33,047 nucleotides of DNA from a virus: UHGV virus genome UHGV-0216082; one strand, given 5' to 3'. Each line of letters begins with the position of its first letter. Position 1 is the first letter of the stretch. The notes under the pieces were generated by a model. It was not told the DNA's origin. It saw nothing but the letters and a program-made list of their open reading frames with translations, and did not search any database. Positions 9,289-17,080 of this stretch are shown piece after piece. Made by a program: the position numbers and the translations under genes.

Positions 9289-11028
9289 ATGGCACTTTCA
9301 GGAAGCTTTTCAGGAAGTTATAGAGGATATACTTTTAGAACAGAATGGGAAGCTACACAAAATATTAGTGAAAATTATAGTGATTTAGAAATAACACTTC
9401 ATTTAGATTGTCAAAGTGGATACAATCTTTATATAGGAGAGAGGACACACACTGTAAATATTGCTGGTACAGACCACAGTATTACATCATCAAGTATAAG
9501 TACGAGTGGTGGGACTTCAATTACTCTTGGTAGTATAAGTAAAAGAATATATCACAATAATGATGGGACACTTGATGTATGGATATCAAGTTACTGCAAT
9601 TTAAGTGCCAGAATAAGAGGAACTTATGTAAGTGGGTTTAGTGGTGGCAGTGATACTATATCTCTTGATAAAATACCTCGAATGTCAACAGTAAGTGATA
9701 ACATGATAGGTTCAAGATATTTAAACACACCACATACAATTCATATTGACAAACAACTATCAGGGAATGTAACTCATACAGTTTGGTATGTAATTCGAGG
9801 GGAAAAGGGAAGTAGTGGTTGGTACTATATTGCTAAAAATACATCAGATTTAGATATACAATTTGTACCTACCGACAAGCATGTAAATCTACAGCCAGAC
9901 TCTTCAACGATTTTTATGGATATCGGGATTAATACTTTTAAAGATGGAGTTCAAATTGGTGAGACAACTTATAACTCAGGCTGGTATATGAAAGTTCCTG
10001 ATGAATTTTCTCCAACAATAAATTCAATAGATATTTTAGACGTTAATCCAAAAAGCAAAAATTTAGGAGTATATGTACAAAATCATAGTAAGCTCAAAGT
10101 AAATACTAAATCTACAAGTAAGGAAGGAGCTACTATTAAAAATATAAGTGTTACAGTTGATAAAAATACTTATTCAGGACAAGATATAACAACAAAAGAA
10201 ATCACACAAACTGGAAATATAGAAATAGATATAAAAGTTACGGATAGCAGAGGAAAGACTGCAAGTGAAAAAAGAACTATCAAAGTTGAACCCTATGATC
10301 CACCAAAAATTTTAACTTTTTCAGCAGATAGAACAGAAGCTGATGAAAAAGTTGTAAAATTGATTTATAACTTCAAAATGTCAAGTATTGCAAACAAAAA
10401 CACTTGTAATTGGAAAATAGAAAGAAGACCACGAGGGACTTCAACTTGGACAAATATTGTATCAGGAAATGAAAAAAGTTTAAATACAAATACTTTAACA
10501 TATAATATTTCAACAGACAGAGAGTACGAATTTAGGTTAAGTATATCTGATTTTAATAGTTCAAACGAAAGTACAACATATGTATATACGATTTTTGTAA
10601 TTTTAGATTTTCACGAATCAGGAACGGGTATCGCGGTCGGTAAAAGTTCTACAAAATCCAATTTTTTTGAAAATGATATAAAAATGGGGTTTAATAAAGG
10701 AATAGAAACAGAAAAATGGACTAAAATGCACCTTTACAACAGCACGAAACCTTATGACGCAAAAAACGAATTGCAATATTTTAAAGACCCATTAGGACTG
10801 GTTCATATACAAGGTGTAGTTAAAGATACAGCCTCTGAATGGTTGGCTAGAATAACAAGAGTAGATTGCAGACCTGAAAAAAATTTGATAGTTTTTGTAC
10901 CGTGTACATCTTTCAAAACGGCGGTTTTAAAAATATATGAAGACGGAAACATTTTAATAGAGAATAGAAGTGAAATCAGTACAAATTGGATTTCACTTGA
11001 TGGAATAACATTCAAGGCAAAGGAGTAA
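9289..11028 (+). CDS. Minor tail / receptor-binding protein (DUF859-like)
   Basis: EW...QNISENYS, LDKIPR.S, VTDSRG, GIAVGK motifs; fibre-tip-like C-terminus (LVHIQGVV...RPEK...WISLDGITF). Confidence 0.75.
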   Translation: MALSGSFSGSYRGYTFRTEWEATQNISENYSDLEITLHLDCQSGYNLYIGERTHTVNIAGTDHSITSSSISTSGGTSITLGSISKRIYHNNDGTLDVWISSYCNLSARIRGTYVSGFSGGSDTISLDKIPRMSTVSDNMIGSRYLNTPHTIHIDKQLSGNVTHTVWYVIRGEKGSSGWYYIAKNTSDLDIQFVPTDKHVNLQPDSSTIFMDIGINTFKDGVQIGETTYNSGWYMKVPDEFSPTINSIDILDVNPKSKNLGVYVQNHSKLKVNTKSTSKEGATIKNISVTVDKNTYSGQDITTKEITQTGNIEIDIKVTDSRGKTASEKRTIKVEPYDPPKILTFSADRTEADEKVVKLIYNFKMSSIANKNTCNWKIERRPRGTSTWTNIVSGNEKSLNTNTLTYNISTDREYEFRLSISDFNSSNESTTYVYTIFVILDFHESGTGIAVGKSSTKSNFFENDIKMGFNKGIETEKWTKMHLYNSTKPYDAKNELQYFKDPLGLVHIQGVVKDTASEWLARITRVDCRPEKNLIVFVPCTSFKTAVLKIYEDGNILIENRSEISTNWISLDGITFKAKE

Positions 11029-11032
11029 AAGA

Positions 11033-11659
11033 ATGGCAGAAAAAGAAAAAGAAATAGCAGAAGTAGTTATCAAAGTAACTACTGTAAATGGAAAAGAACG
11101 TTACGAAGTAATTGCAAGACGCTCTAACTACGTTGAAATTACTAGCCCGGATAATTCAACAATTCAAAAAGAGCTTGAAAAAGTAGTTGGACTATGTAAA
11201 GTCTTAAAGACACCTGATGAAAAGTTAGAACAGCAAACGGAAAGACTTTTAGAGTTTGTAATCAAGAATTCAACCGATGAACAAAAAGCAAAAAATCCTG
11301 AATTTTTTAGAGACTGGAAAGAGGGCTTACCTTTTACAAAGGGCGAATATGTCAATTATGCAGGACTTGTATTTTATTGCAAAGAAACTCATACAGCAAA
11401 ATATAGCAATATGCCTTTAGTTGATTTCGACTTTTGGAAACAAGTTACAGTTGAAAAGCAACCTGAAAAGAAAATCAATCCTGAATGGGAACAAAATTTC
11501 AAAAATGCACAAAATTATTATAGAGATTTAAGCTATAACAAAAATGATTATGTAATTTATTACAATGAATTATACAAAGCTGTAAAAGATGTTAAAAACG
11601 GAGAGCAACCTCACGAAAAATCTTCTTATTGGGAGCATATACCTAAAAAAATAGTATAG
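11033..11659 (+). CDS. Protein with two CBM5/12-like carbohydrate-binding repeats
   Basis: WKEGLPFTKGEYVNYAGLVFYC...H...P...FW and Y..NDYVIYYNELYKA...P...YW. Confidence 0.65.
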   Translation: MAEKEKEIAEVVIKVTTVNGKERYEVIARRSNYVEITSPDNSTIQKELEKVVGLCKVLKTPDEKLEQQTERLLEFVIKNSTDEQKAKNPEFFRDWKEGLPFTKGEYVNYAGLVFYCKETHTAKYSNMPLVDFDFWKQVTVEKQPEKKINPEWEQNFKNAQNYYRDLSYNKNDYVIYYNELYKAVKDVKNGEQPHEKSSYWEHIPKKIV

Positions 11660-11688
11660 ATAAATAAAAAACAGAAAGGATGATAAAA

Positions 11689-12069
11689 ATGATGATAGAA
11701 TTTTTAAGAAATTTATTACAAACAGAAGATACAAAGATACTTTTTATATTAGCACTAATTGCAATTTCAATGATACTTGATTTTGCGACAGGAACAATTG
11801 CAGCTAAAATTAATAATAGTATAAAATTTGAAAGTCAAAAAGGAATAAATGGAATTTTAAGAAAGATTTGCAGTATGATTGTGATGATTTTTTTCATTCC
11901 ACTGTCAGTATTAGTTCCGGAGGGGATTGGAACAACTTTAGTATATGTGCTTTATTTAGGATATCTAGTGATGGAAGTAACATCAGTTTTAGAAAACTTA
12001 AAGAAAATGGGAATTGACACAAGTTTATTTACAAACTTTTTAAAAAACATTGAAAAAAGTAAAAAATAA
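11689..12069 (+). CDS. Holin (toxin secretion/phage lysis holin family)
   Basis: Three hydrophobic segments; MILDFATG...S.KGINGILRK...EVTSVLENL motifs. Start moved from 11680 to 11689 to fit the AAAGGA RBS. Confidence 0.9.
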   Translation: MMIEFLRNLLQTEDTKILFILALIAISMILDFATGTIAAKINNSIKFESQKGINGILRKICSMIVMIFFIPLSVLVPEGIGTTLVYVLYLGYLVMEVTSVLENLKKMGIDTSLFTNFLKNIEKSKK

Positions 12070-12080
12070 GGAGTAAAATT

Positions 12081-12998
12081 ATGAAAATAGAAAGACTTAT
12101 AGTACCTGATTCAGTATCAAATAGAGTCAGTTTTGGAAGAGGTAATCCTCGAAACTATTTGACTATACATCAAACAGGAAATACAGATGAAGGATCTAAT
12201 GCTATGGCTCATCATAGGTTACAAGCTAGAAGTGGTGTAGGCTATGGTTGGCATTGGCAAGTTGATGATGAAATGGCAATTCAAACCCACGACCATAGCT
12301 TTAAGATATGGCATGCAGGAGACGGGCGAGGAAAAGGAAACACAGAAAGCATAAGCATAGAAATTTGTGTAAATAGTGACGGCGACTATAACCAAGCTGT
12401 AGAAAACGGAGCAAAACTTGCTGCAATGATTTTGAAAGAAGAAAATATTGACATTAGCAAAATGGTTCAACACAATTATTGGAGTGGAAAGAATTGCCCA
12501 GAACAAATAAGAGCAGGGAAAAATGGAATAACATGGGCTATTTTTGTTGAAAAAGTTAAAGGTTACTTGAATGGTAACACTCAAAATAAGGAGGAATATA
12601 TGGAACAAATACAAGAAAGATATATGATAAACGGCAACTACTCAATCGACAGTTTGCCTTGGTTTTGCTCTGATAAAAAACAAGTAGGAACAACTGAAAA
12701 ATATCAAGGTTATGTAGTAACTGTATCTCGTAAATGGGGCGGTTACTGGTACAGTCAATTTTTAGGTGGTTGGATAGACTACAGAGCTTTTGAAGAAGTT
12801 GAAACCATATCAGAAGAAAAAACTGTAAAAAATGGCGGTTACAGTGTAGATACTAAACCTTGGGGGACAGCCGGTTTTGAAACTAAAGGAAAATCTGATG
12901 ATTTAATCGGCGATACATTTAAAATAACAGCAAGAAAAGGGGCTTACTTATATATTCACAGTAAAGCAAAGTGGGTAGATGAAAAAGCTTTTGAGTAA
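12081..12998 (+). CDS. Endolysin, N-acetylmuramoyl-L-alanine amidase (Amidase_2) with two GW/SH3-like repeats
   Basis: IHQTGN, WHAGDG, SISIEIC, QHNYWSGKNCP. C-terminal repeats NGNYSIDSLPW and NGGYSVDTKPW. Confidence 0.92.
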   Translation: MKIERLIVPDSVSNRVSFGRGNPRNYLTIHQTGNTDEGSNAMAHHRLQARSGVGYGWHWQVDDEMAIQTHDHSFKIWHAGDGRGKGNTESISIEICVNSDGDYNQAVENGAKLAAMILKEENIDISKMVQHNYWSGKNCPEQIRAGKNGITWAIFVEKVKGYLNGNTQNKEEYMEQIQERYMINGNYSIDSLPWFCSDKKQVGTTEKYQGYVVTVSRKWGGYWYSQFLGGWIDYRAFEEVETISEEKTVKNGGYSVDTKPWGTAGFETKGKSDDLIGDTFKITARKGAYLYIHSKAKWVDEKAFE

Positions 12999-13001
12999 AT
13001 T

Positions 13002-13031
13002 AAAAGGGAGCTTAATTGCTCCCTATTTTTT
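13002..13031. terminator. Bidirectional intrinsic terminator
   Basis: AAA-AGGGAGC-ttaatt-GCTCCCT-ATTTTTT between convergent genes. Confidence 0.85.
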
Positions 13032-13038
13032 ATTGTTT

Positions 13039-13269
13039 TTAAGATATTTCTAAAAGCTCTTTCAAATTGTTGTAAGCAACTTGCCAATCTGTTGCATCTT
13101 TGTTTTTATTCAATTCATCATAAAAACTGCCTATTAATTCGTTGTCTTTATCATATATTATAAAGTCTCCTGTAGTATCGTTATATTCCATTGTGCAACC
13201 TTTTTTTTCTAATAATTCATTAAATTTTTTTTGATATCCTGTTATTTTATCTCTGTTATCATAAATCAT
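13039..13269 (-). CDS. Small acidic hypothetical protein (anti-defence candidate)
   Basis: 76 aa; AAGGAG RBS; has its own consensus promoter. Confidence 0.8.
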   Translation of the reverse strand: MIYDNRDKITGYQKKFNELLEKKGCTMEYNDTTGDFIIYDKDNELIGSFYDELNKNKDATDWQVAYNNLKELLEIS

Positions 13270-13306
13270 TTTCTTTATCTCCTTTAATTATATTCAGTAT
13301 CTCTCT

Positions 13307-13356
13307 TACTGTACCTATATTATATCATAGTATTAATACTATGTCAATACTTTTTT
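13307..13356 (-). promoter_or_regulatory. Consensus sigmaA promoter with palindromic operator, copy 1 of a 50-bp direct repeat
   Basis: Minus strand TTGACA (13347-13342), 17 nt, TATAAT (13324-13319). Perfect palindrome CATAGTATTAATACTATG at 13326-13343. Confidence 0.92.
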
Positions 13357-13552
13357 AAAGTTTTTTTAATTTATTTTCGATTAATTCTTTTAATTCTTCT
13401 AAATCCTCTTTTTTAGCTAATGTTCTAATGAAACCACGAGCATTAGAACGTCTGCTTAAGTAGTTTCGATGCTCTTTATTTTTTTCAATCCATCTCTTGT
13501 CAGCTTCAAGTTGCTTGGATATTTCCTTATAGCCTTTTCTTTTTTCTTCCAT
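13355..13552 (-). CDS. Small basic helical protein, candidate DNA-binding regulator
   Basis: 65 aa from ATG 13552 (AAGGAG RBS): MEEKRKGY...ADKRWIEKNKEHRNYLSRRSNARGFIRTLAKKEDLEEL. Confidence 0.75.
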   Translation of the reverse strand: MEEKRKGYKEISKQLEADKRWIEKNKEHRNYLSRRSNARGFIRTLAKKEDLEELKELIENKLKKL

Positions 13553-13553
13553 T

Positions 13554-14021
13554 TTAAAAAGTCTCCTTACATTCAAAAAGATTTTCCATATCTTTAAATA
13601 TTAAATTTTCAATTTCTTTTAAATTTTGCTTAATTTCATATCTTTTTAAAAAAACAATTTCTTTTTTATATATTTTTTTTAGTGTTTGAGCTAGTAAGTC
13701 AGCTCTTAAAGTCTTGTAAAAATCTTCAACTAAAGAATTTTTTGGAAAACTTTCAAAATCTCCATAATAAATAGAAAATCCGTTTTCATAGTCTTCTTTA
13801 TACATTTTACAAATACATAAAAAATCGCCGTCCTCGTCAAACATATATCCAAAATTATTTTTATAACTTTCATCACCAAAAAAATTTTTTGCAATTTCTT
13901 CTTTGTGTTGCTTTTTAAAATTTTCTATCTTTGATAAAAAAATCTCTTTTTTATTATAAAATCTTTCTAAGTTTTTAAATTCTTCTAAACTGTGCCACCT
14001 TAAAAATTCATTTTTATTCAT
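13554..14021 (-). CDS. Hypothetical protein
   Basis: 155-aa ORF, AAGGAG RBS, ATGA overlap with the upstream gene. Confidence 0.8.
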   Translation of the reverse strand: MNKNEFLRWHSLEEFKNLERFYNKKEIFLSKIENFKKQHKEEIAKNFFGDESYKNNFGYMFDEDGDFLCICKMYKEDYENGFSIYYGDFESFPKNSLVEDFYKTLRADLLAQTLKKIYKKEIVFLKRYEIKQNLKEIENLIFKDMENLFECKETF

Positions 14022-14680
14022 TTTATAACTCCTTTATATTTATCTATAATAGGCTTAAAATATTCTTTTTCAGCCTTTTTTCTTGCTCTTTCAGCTTCTT
14101 CTATCGTTTCATAGATTCCTAAATTAATTTGCTTTCTTTTTAAGTTTATATAAGCCCTATACTTTCCATTTTTTAACTTTGATACCCCTTTGATTTTTGT
14201 AGTACTATTCTTTGACAGCTTTTGCTGTAAAGAAATTATAGAAGTATTTTCTTTATAATATTTCAAGTGAGTATCCTCTAAATTTTTTTTGTACTTAAAT
14301 CCACTTTCTTTTGAAATTTCTTTTTTTAAACAACCACAGCTTTTAGTTTTTCCAGATAAAAGTTGTCTGTAAGAAATAGATTTTATATTTCCACATTCGC
14401 ATTCACAAAAGTAAAAATAATTTTTAGCTGGATCTCTTTTTATTATTGTTAATCTTCCAAATTTTTTACCGATTTTTGCGTTTTCTGCATTTATTTGCTT
14501 GTGCTTTATACCGCACTTTACACAGTTTTTACTTTTTCCATTCAAGAGACTTGTATAGTAAACATCTTTTATACATCCACATTTACATCTACAAGTCCAG
14601 TACTTTTCTTTTGAAGATTTACAAATTACAATCCAATCTCCAAATTTTTTATTTTTTAAATCTAAATCACATTTATTCAT
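14018..14680 (-). CDS. AP2-domain protein with two Cys-rich N-terminal repeats
   Basis: Two KKFG.(W/L)...C.C.CG...L..GK.K.C repeats. C-terminal KGVS...KYRAYI...INLG.Y.T.EEA..AR..AE..YF is an AP2 fold signature. Confidence 0.85.
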   Translation of the reverse strand: MNKCDLDLKNKKFGDWIVICKSSKEKYWTCRCKCGCIKDVYYTSLLNGKSKNCVKCGIKHKQINAENAKIGKKFGRLTIIKRDPAKNYFYFCECECGNIKSISYRQLLSGKTKSCGCLKKEISKESGFKYKKNLEDTHLKYYKENTSIISLQQKLSKNSTTKIKGVSKLKNGKYRAYINLKRKQINLGIYETIEEAERARKKAEKEYFKPIIDKYKGVIK

Positions 14681-14700
14681 AATTTTATACCATTTTTATG

Positions 14701-14726
14701 AGAGAGTGAATTTTCACTCTCTTTTT
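14701..14726. terminator. Strong hairpin after the first island gene
   Basis: AGAGAGTGAA-tt-TTCACTCTCT. The U-tract is only on the + strand, so on the - transcript it may be a leaky terminator or stabiliser. Confidence 0.6.
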
Positions 14727-14973
14727 AAATTTCTTCAATTTCTAAATTATTTTTTTTGATATAATCTTCAATGAAATTTAAGTATTTTTCATTATCCCAA
14801 ATATCTTGAGCTAATCCAACTTCTCCATAAATTTCTAAAGCTTCATCATATCCTATAACTTTTCCGTCTTTATCAAAGAAAGGAATTTCTCTAACTAAAC
14901 CCTCTTTTACTTCGATATCTACATAATTTTTACAGCTTCCTTCATAAGTGTTTAAAATTTGTGTTACTTTCAT
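14725..14973 (-). CDS. Small acidic hypothetical protein (anti-defence candidate)
   Basis: 82 aa, E/D-rich; AAGGAG RBS; first gene after promoter copy 2. Confidence 0.8.
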   Translation of the reverse strand: MKVTQILNTYEGSCKNYVDIEVKEGLVREIPFFDKDGKVIGYDEALEIYGEVGLAQDIWDNEKYLNFIEDYIKKNNLEIEEI

Positions 14974-15012
14974 CTTTATTATCTCCTTTTAAATTTATTT
15001 CAGTACCTTATC

Positions 15013-15062
15013 TACTGTACCTATATTATATCATAGTATTAATACTATGTCAATACTTTTTT
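15013..15062 (-). promoter_or_regulatory. Consensus sigmaA promoter with palindromic operator, copy 2 of the 50-bp direct repeat
   Basis: Identical to 13307-13356: -35 at 15053-15048, -10 at 15030-15025, palindrome 15032-15049. Confidence 0.92.
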
Positions 15063-15124
15063 GAAAAAATTTTAAAAAATATTTGTTGAAATTTCAACGT
15101 TTTAAAAAATTATAAAAAAATTAT

Positions 15125-15155
15125 AAAAAAAAGTAGAGTTGAAAACTCTACTTTT
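15125..15155 (-). terminator. Intrinsic terminator of the integrase gene
   Basis: AAAAGTAGAGTT-gaa-AACTCTACTTTT with A/T tracts on both sides. Confidence 0.85.
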
Positions 15156-16689
15156 AATAAACTAAATTCAATTCAATAATTTTTTGATATAATAGAAATG
15201 GTGCCGGCAGTTCGGTGCCGTTTTCATTATTTTTAAAAGGGGGAGGCTTTTCAGCTAATTTTAATTTTATAATTAATTTTCCTTTTTCATATCTTAATTG
15301 ATCTATGAAAAATTTTAAAATTGTTTGTTGTTCTAATATACTAAATTTTTCTAATTTATCATATTTGTTTAAAAATTTTATAATTTCGTTTGAATTTATA
15401 TTATCATGTTTTTGAGAATTTTTTATAAGTTCATTTTGAAGATTATATTTTTTTTGTTCTAATTCTTCAATTTTGTTTTTAATAGTTTGAGAAGATGAAC
15501 CATTCAGGATAAATGTAACAGCATTATTTAATTGTTGTTCAATTTCTTTAAGTTCATTTTCAATCTTTGAATTATCATTATTTGAATTTTTCATCTTTAT
15601 AAAATTATTAATTTTTTCAACTAATAATTTTTTATTAGAATCATTAAAAATTAATTTATTAAAAGCATCATAAAATTCACTTTCTAAAATATCTGTTCTT
15701 ACTGATTTTTGTTCACAACTTGTATTAATACATCTATAATGTTGATAGTATTTTCCGATTTTATTTTTTCTAGTAAAACCACTCATTTTTTTTCCGCATT
15801 GATTACAGTACAAAAATGGAGATAAAACATAAGTCCATTTTGCTTTATTGCTGATTTTTTTATTCAAACTTTGTCTCTCCTTTACTAACTCCCATGTTTT
15901 TTTATCAATTATCGCAGGATTGCCATTTTCAACAATTATCATATCATTTCGATTTTTAAATTTATGAGAGTTTCTTTTTCTATTTTCCATATCATAATCT
16001 TCTCTACTGAAGACATATGTGCCGATATATCTTTCATTAGAAAGTAAATCGTGCAAAGTAGTTTTTTTAAAATTGTTACCTTTATTAGTTTTGTATCCTA
16101 GATTATTCAATTCTGTAATAATTTCACTATATGAATGACCTTTTGCAAACATTTCAAAAATTAGACGAACAGCAATAGCTTGATATTCATTAATAATATA
16201 ATTTTTATTTTCATCAATTGTATAGCCAAAAAGGGGAACTCCACCATTGAATTTTGCTTTATATGCATTTTCATATAAACCTTTTTTTACTTCTCTTGAT
16301 AAATTTTTAGAGTAATATTCACTCATACCTTCAAGTACTGATTCAAGAATTATAGATTCAGGACTATTATCTAAATTTTCCAAAACAGATAGTACTCTAA
16401 CCCCTTTTTGATGCAATGCTCTTTTATAAATAGCACTATCATATTTATTACGAGAAAATCTATCTAATTTATGGACGATAATATAATCAACTTCTTCAGC
16501 TTTTTTAATCATTTCTTGAAATGCAGGTCGATTATCGGTTGTTCCTGATATTCCTTCATCTTTAAAAAAATTTATTAAAGATATTTTATTTCTTGAACAA
16601 TATTCTTTTATAGCTCTAAATTGGGCATCAATACTTTCTTCTCTTTGCATATCTGTTGAAAAACGAGCATAAGCGAATGCTTTTTTCAT
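15154..16689 (-). CDS. int: Large serine integrase
   Basis: YARFST catalytic Ser, DEGISGT..RPAF, VHKLDRFSR, recombinase domain, LYCNQCG...YRC...C zinc ribbon, coiled coil. Confidence 0.96.
   Translation of the reverse strand: MKKAFAYARFSTDMQREESIDAQFRAIKEYCSRNKISLINFFKDEGISGTTDNRPAFQEMIKKAEEVDYIIVHKLDRFSRNKYDSAIYKRALHQKGVRVLSVLENLDNSPESIILESVLEGMSEYYSKNLSREVKKGLYENAYKAKFNGGVPLFGYTIDENKNYIINEYQAIAVRLIFEMFAKGHSYSEIITELNNLGYKTNKGNNFKKTTLHDLLSNERYIGTYVFSREDYDMENRKRNSHKFKNRNDMIIVENGNPAIIDKKTWELVKERQSLNKKISNKAKWTYVLSPFLYCNQCGKKMSGFTRKNKIGKYYQHYRCINTSCEQKSVRTDILESEFYDAFNKLIFNDSNKKLLVEKINNFIKMKNSNNDNSKIENELKEIEQQLNNAVTFILNGSSSQTIKNKIEELEQKKYNLQNELIKNSQKHDNINSNEIIKFLNKYDKLEKFSILEQQTILKFFIDQLRYEKGKLIIKLKLAEKPPPFKNNENGTELPAPFLLYQKIIELNLVY
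15189..15230. other. Candidate attP within the integrase 3' end
   Basis: Imperfect inverted repeat with 18-bp arms (13/18 matches) around GCAGTT; locally GC-rich. Confidence 0.5.
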
Positions 16690-16706
16690 TATTACACCTC
16701 TTTTTT

Positions 16707-16730
16707 AAAAAAAGCTCTCTAAAAGAGAGC
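16707..16730 (-). terminator. Intrinsic terminator upstream of int
   Basis: GCTCTCT-ttt-AGAGAGC followed by T7 on the minus strand. Confidence 0.75.
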
Positions 16731-16758
16731 AAATTTATATTATAAAAATAAAAAGTTT

Positions 16759-17055
16759 TTATTTATAAATTATTAGAGTATGAAACATCTCTGCAGAACC
16801 TGTCATTCCTTGATTTGCTAGAGAGTTAAATTTAACATCAATAATTTCATATCCATCCTGTTGCATATCAATTAAAATTTCATCAATTTGTGTTGTAAAT
16901 TTGTTTTCGCAACAAAAAACATTATTAAGCCATTTTGAAAAACTATTAATCATCACTATATGAGTGAGACCATCTTTTTCTTTTAAAAATGGTTTAACTT
17001 CTTTTAAATAAACTCTTTCTGAATCTTGCTGTTGTACTTTTGAAAAAAATCCCAT
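16759..17055 (-). CDS. Lysogeny-module hypothetical protein
   Basis: 98-aa ORF with AGGAGG RBS between immA and int. Confidence 0.8.
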   Translation of the reverse strand: MGFFSKVQQQDSERVYLKEVKPFLKEKDGLTHIVMINSFSKWLNNVFCCENKFTTQIDEILIDMQQDGYEIIDVKFNSLANQGMTGSAEMFHTLIIYK

Positions 17056-17080
17056 AACTATTCCTCCTAAAATTATTATA

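Noticed and set aside
9289..11659. Diversity-generating retroelement or invertible tail locus
   Set aside because: No reverse transcriptase or invertase, and no template/variable repeat pair seen.
11680..11694. Lambda S-like dual-start holin (MIKMM)
   Set aside because: The first ATG overlaps the AAAGGA RBS, so it is unlikely to initiate; 11689 fits the spacing.
3401..12614. Minus-strand ORFs within tail and lysis genes, and similar shadow ORFs elsewhere (e.g. 14446-14682, 18595-18879, 27766-28098)
   Set aside because: They are antisense to well-supported genes, have F/S/L-rich shadow composition and no evident RBS.
14018..14680. Homing endonuclease or intron
   Set aside because: No HNH or GIY-YIG motif visible and no interrupted gene.
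13307..15062. CRISPR mini-array or solitary repeat (RNA anti-CRISPR)
   Set aside because: Only two copies 1.7 kb apart with no spacer-sized interval; the sequence is fully explained as promoter plus operator.
15199..15208. tRNA-like 3' end (minus strand GCCGGCACCA)
   Set aside because: No T-arm or cloverleaf. It lies in the integrase coding region and is better explained as part of the dyad.
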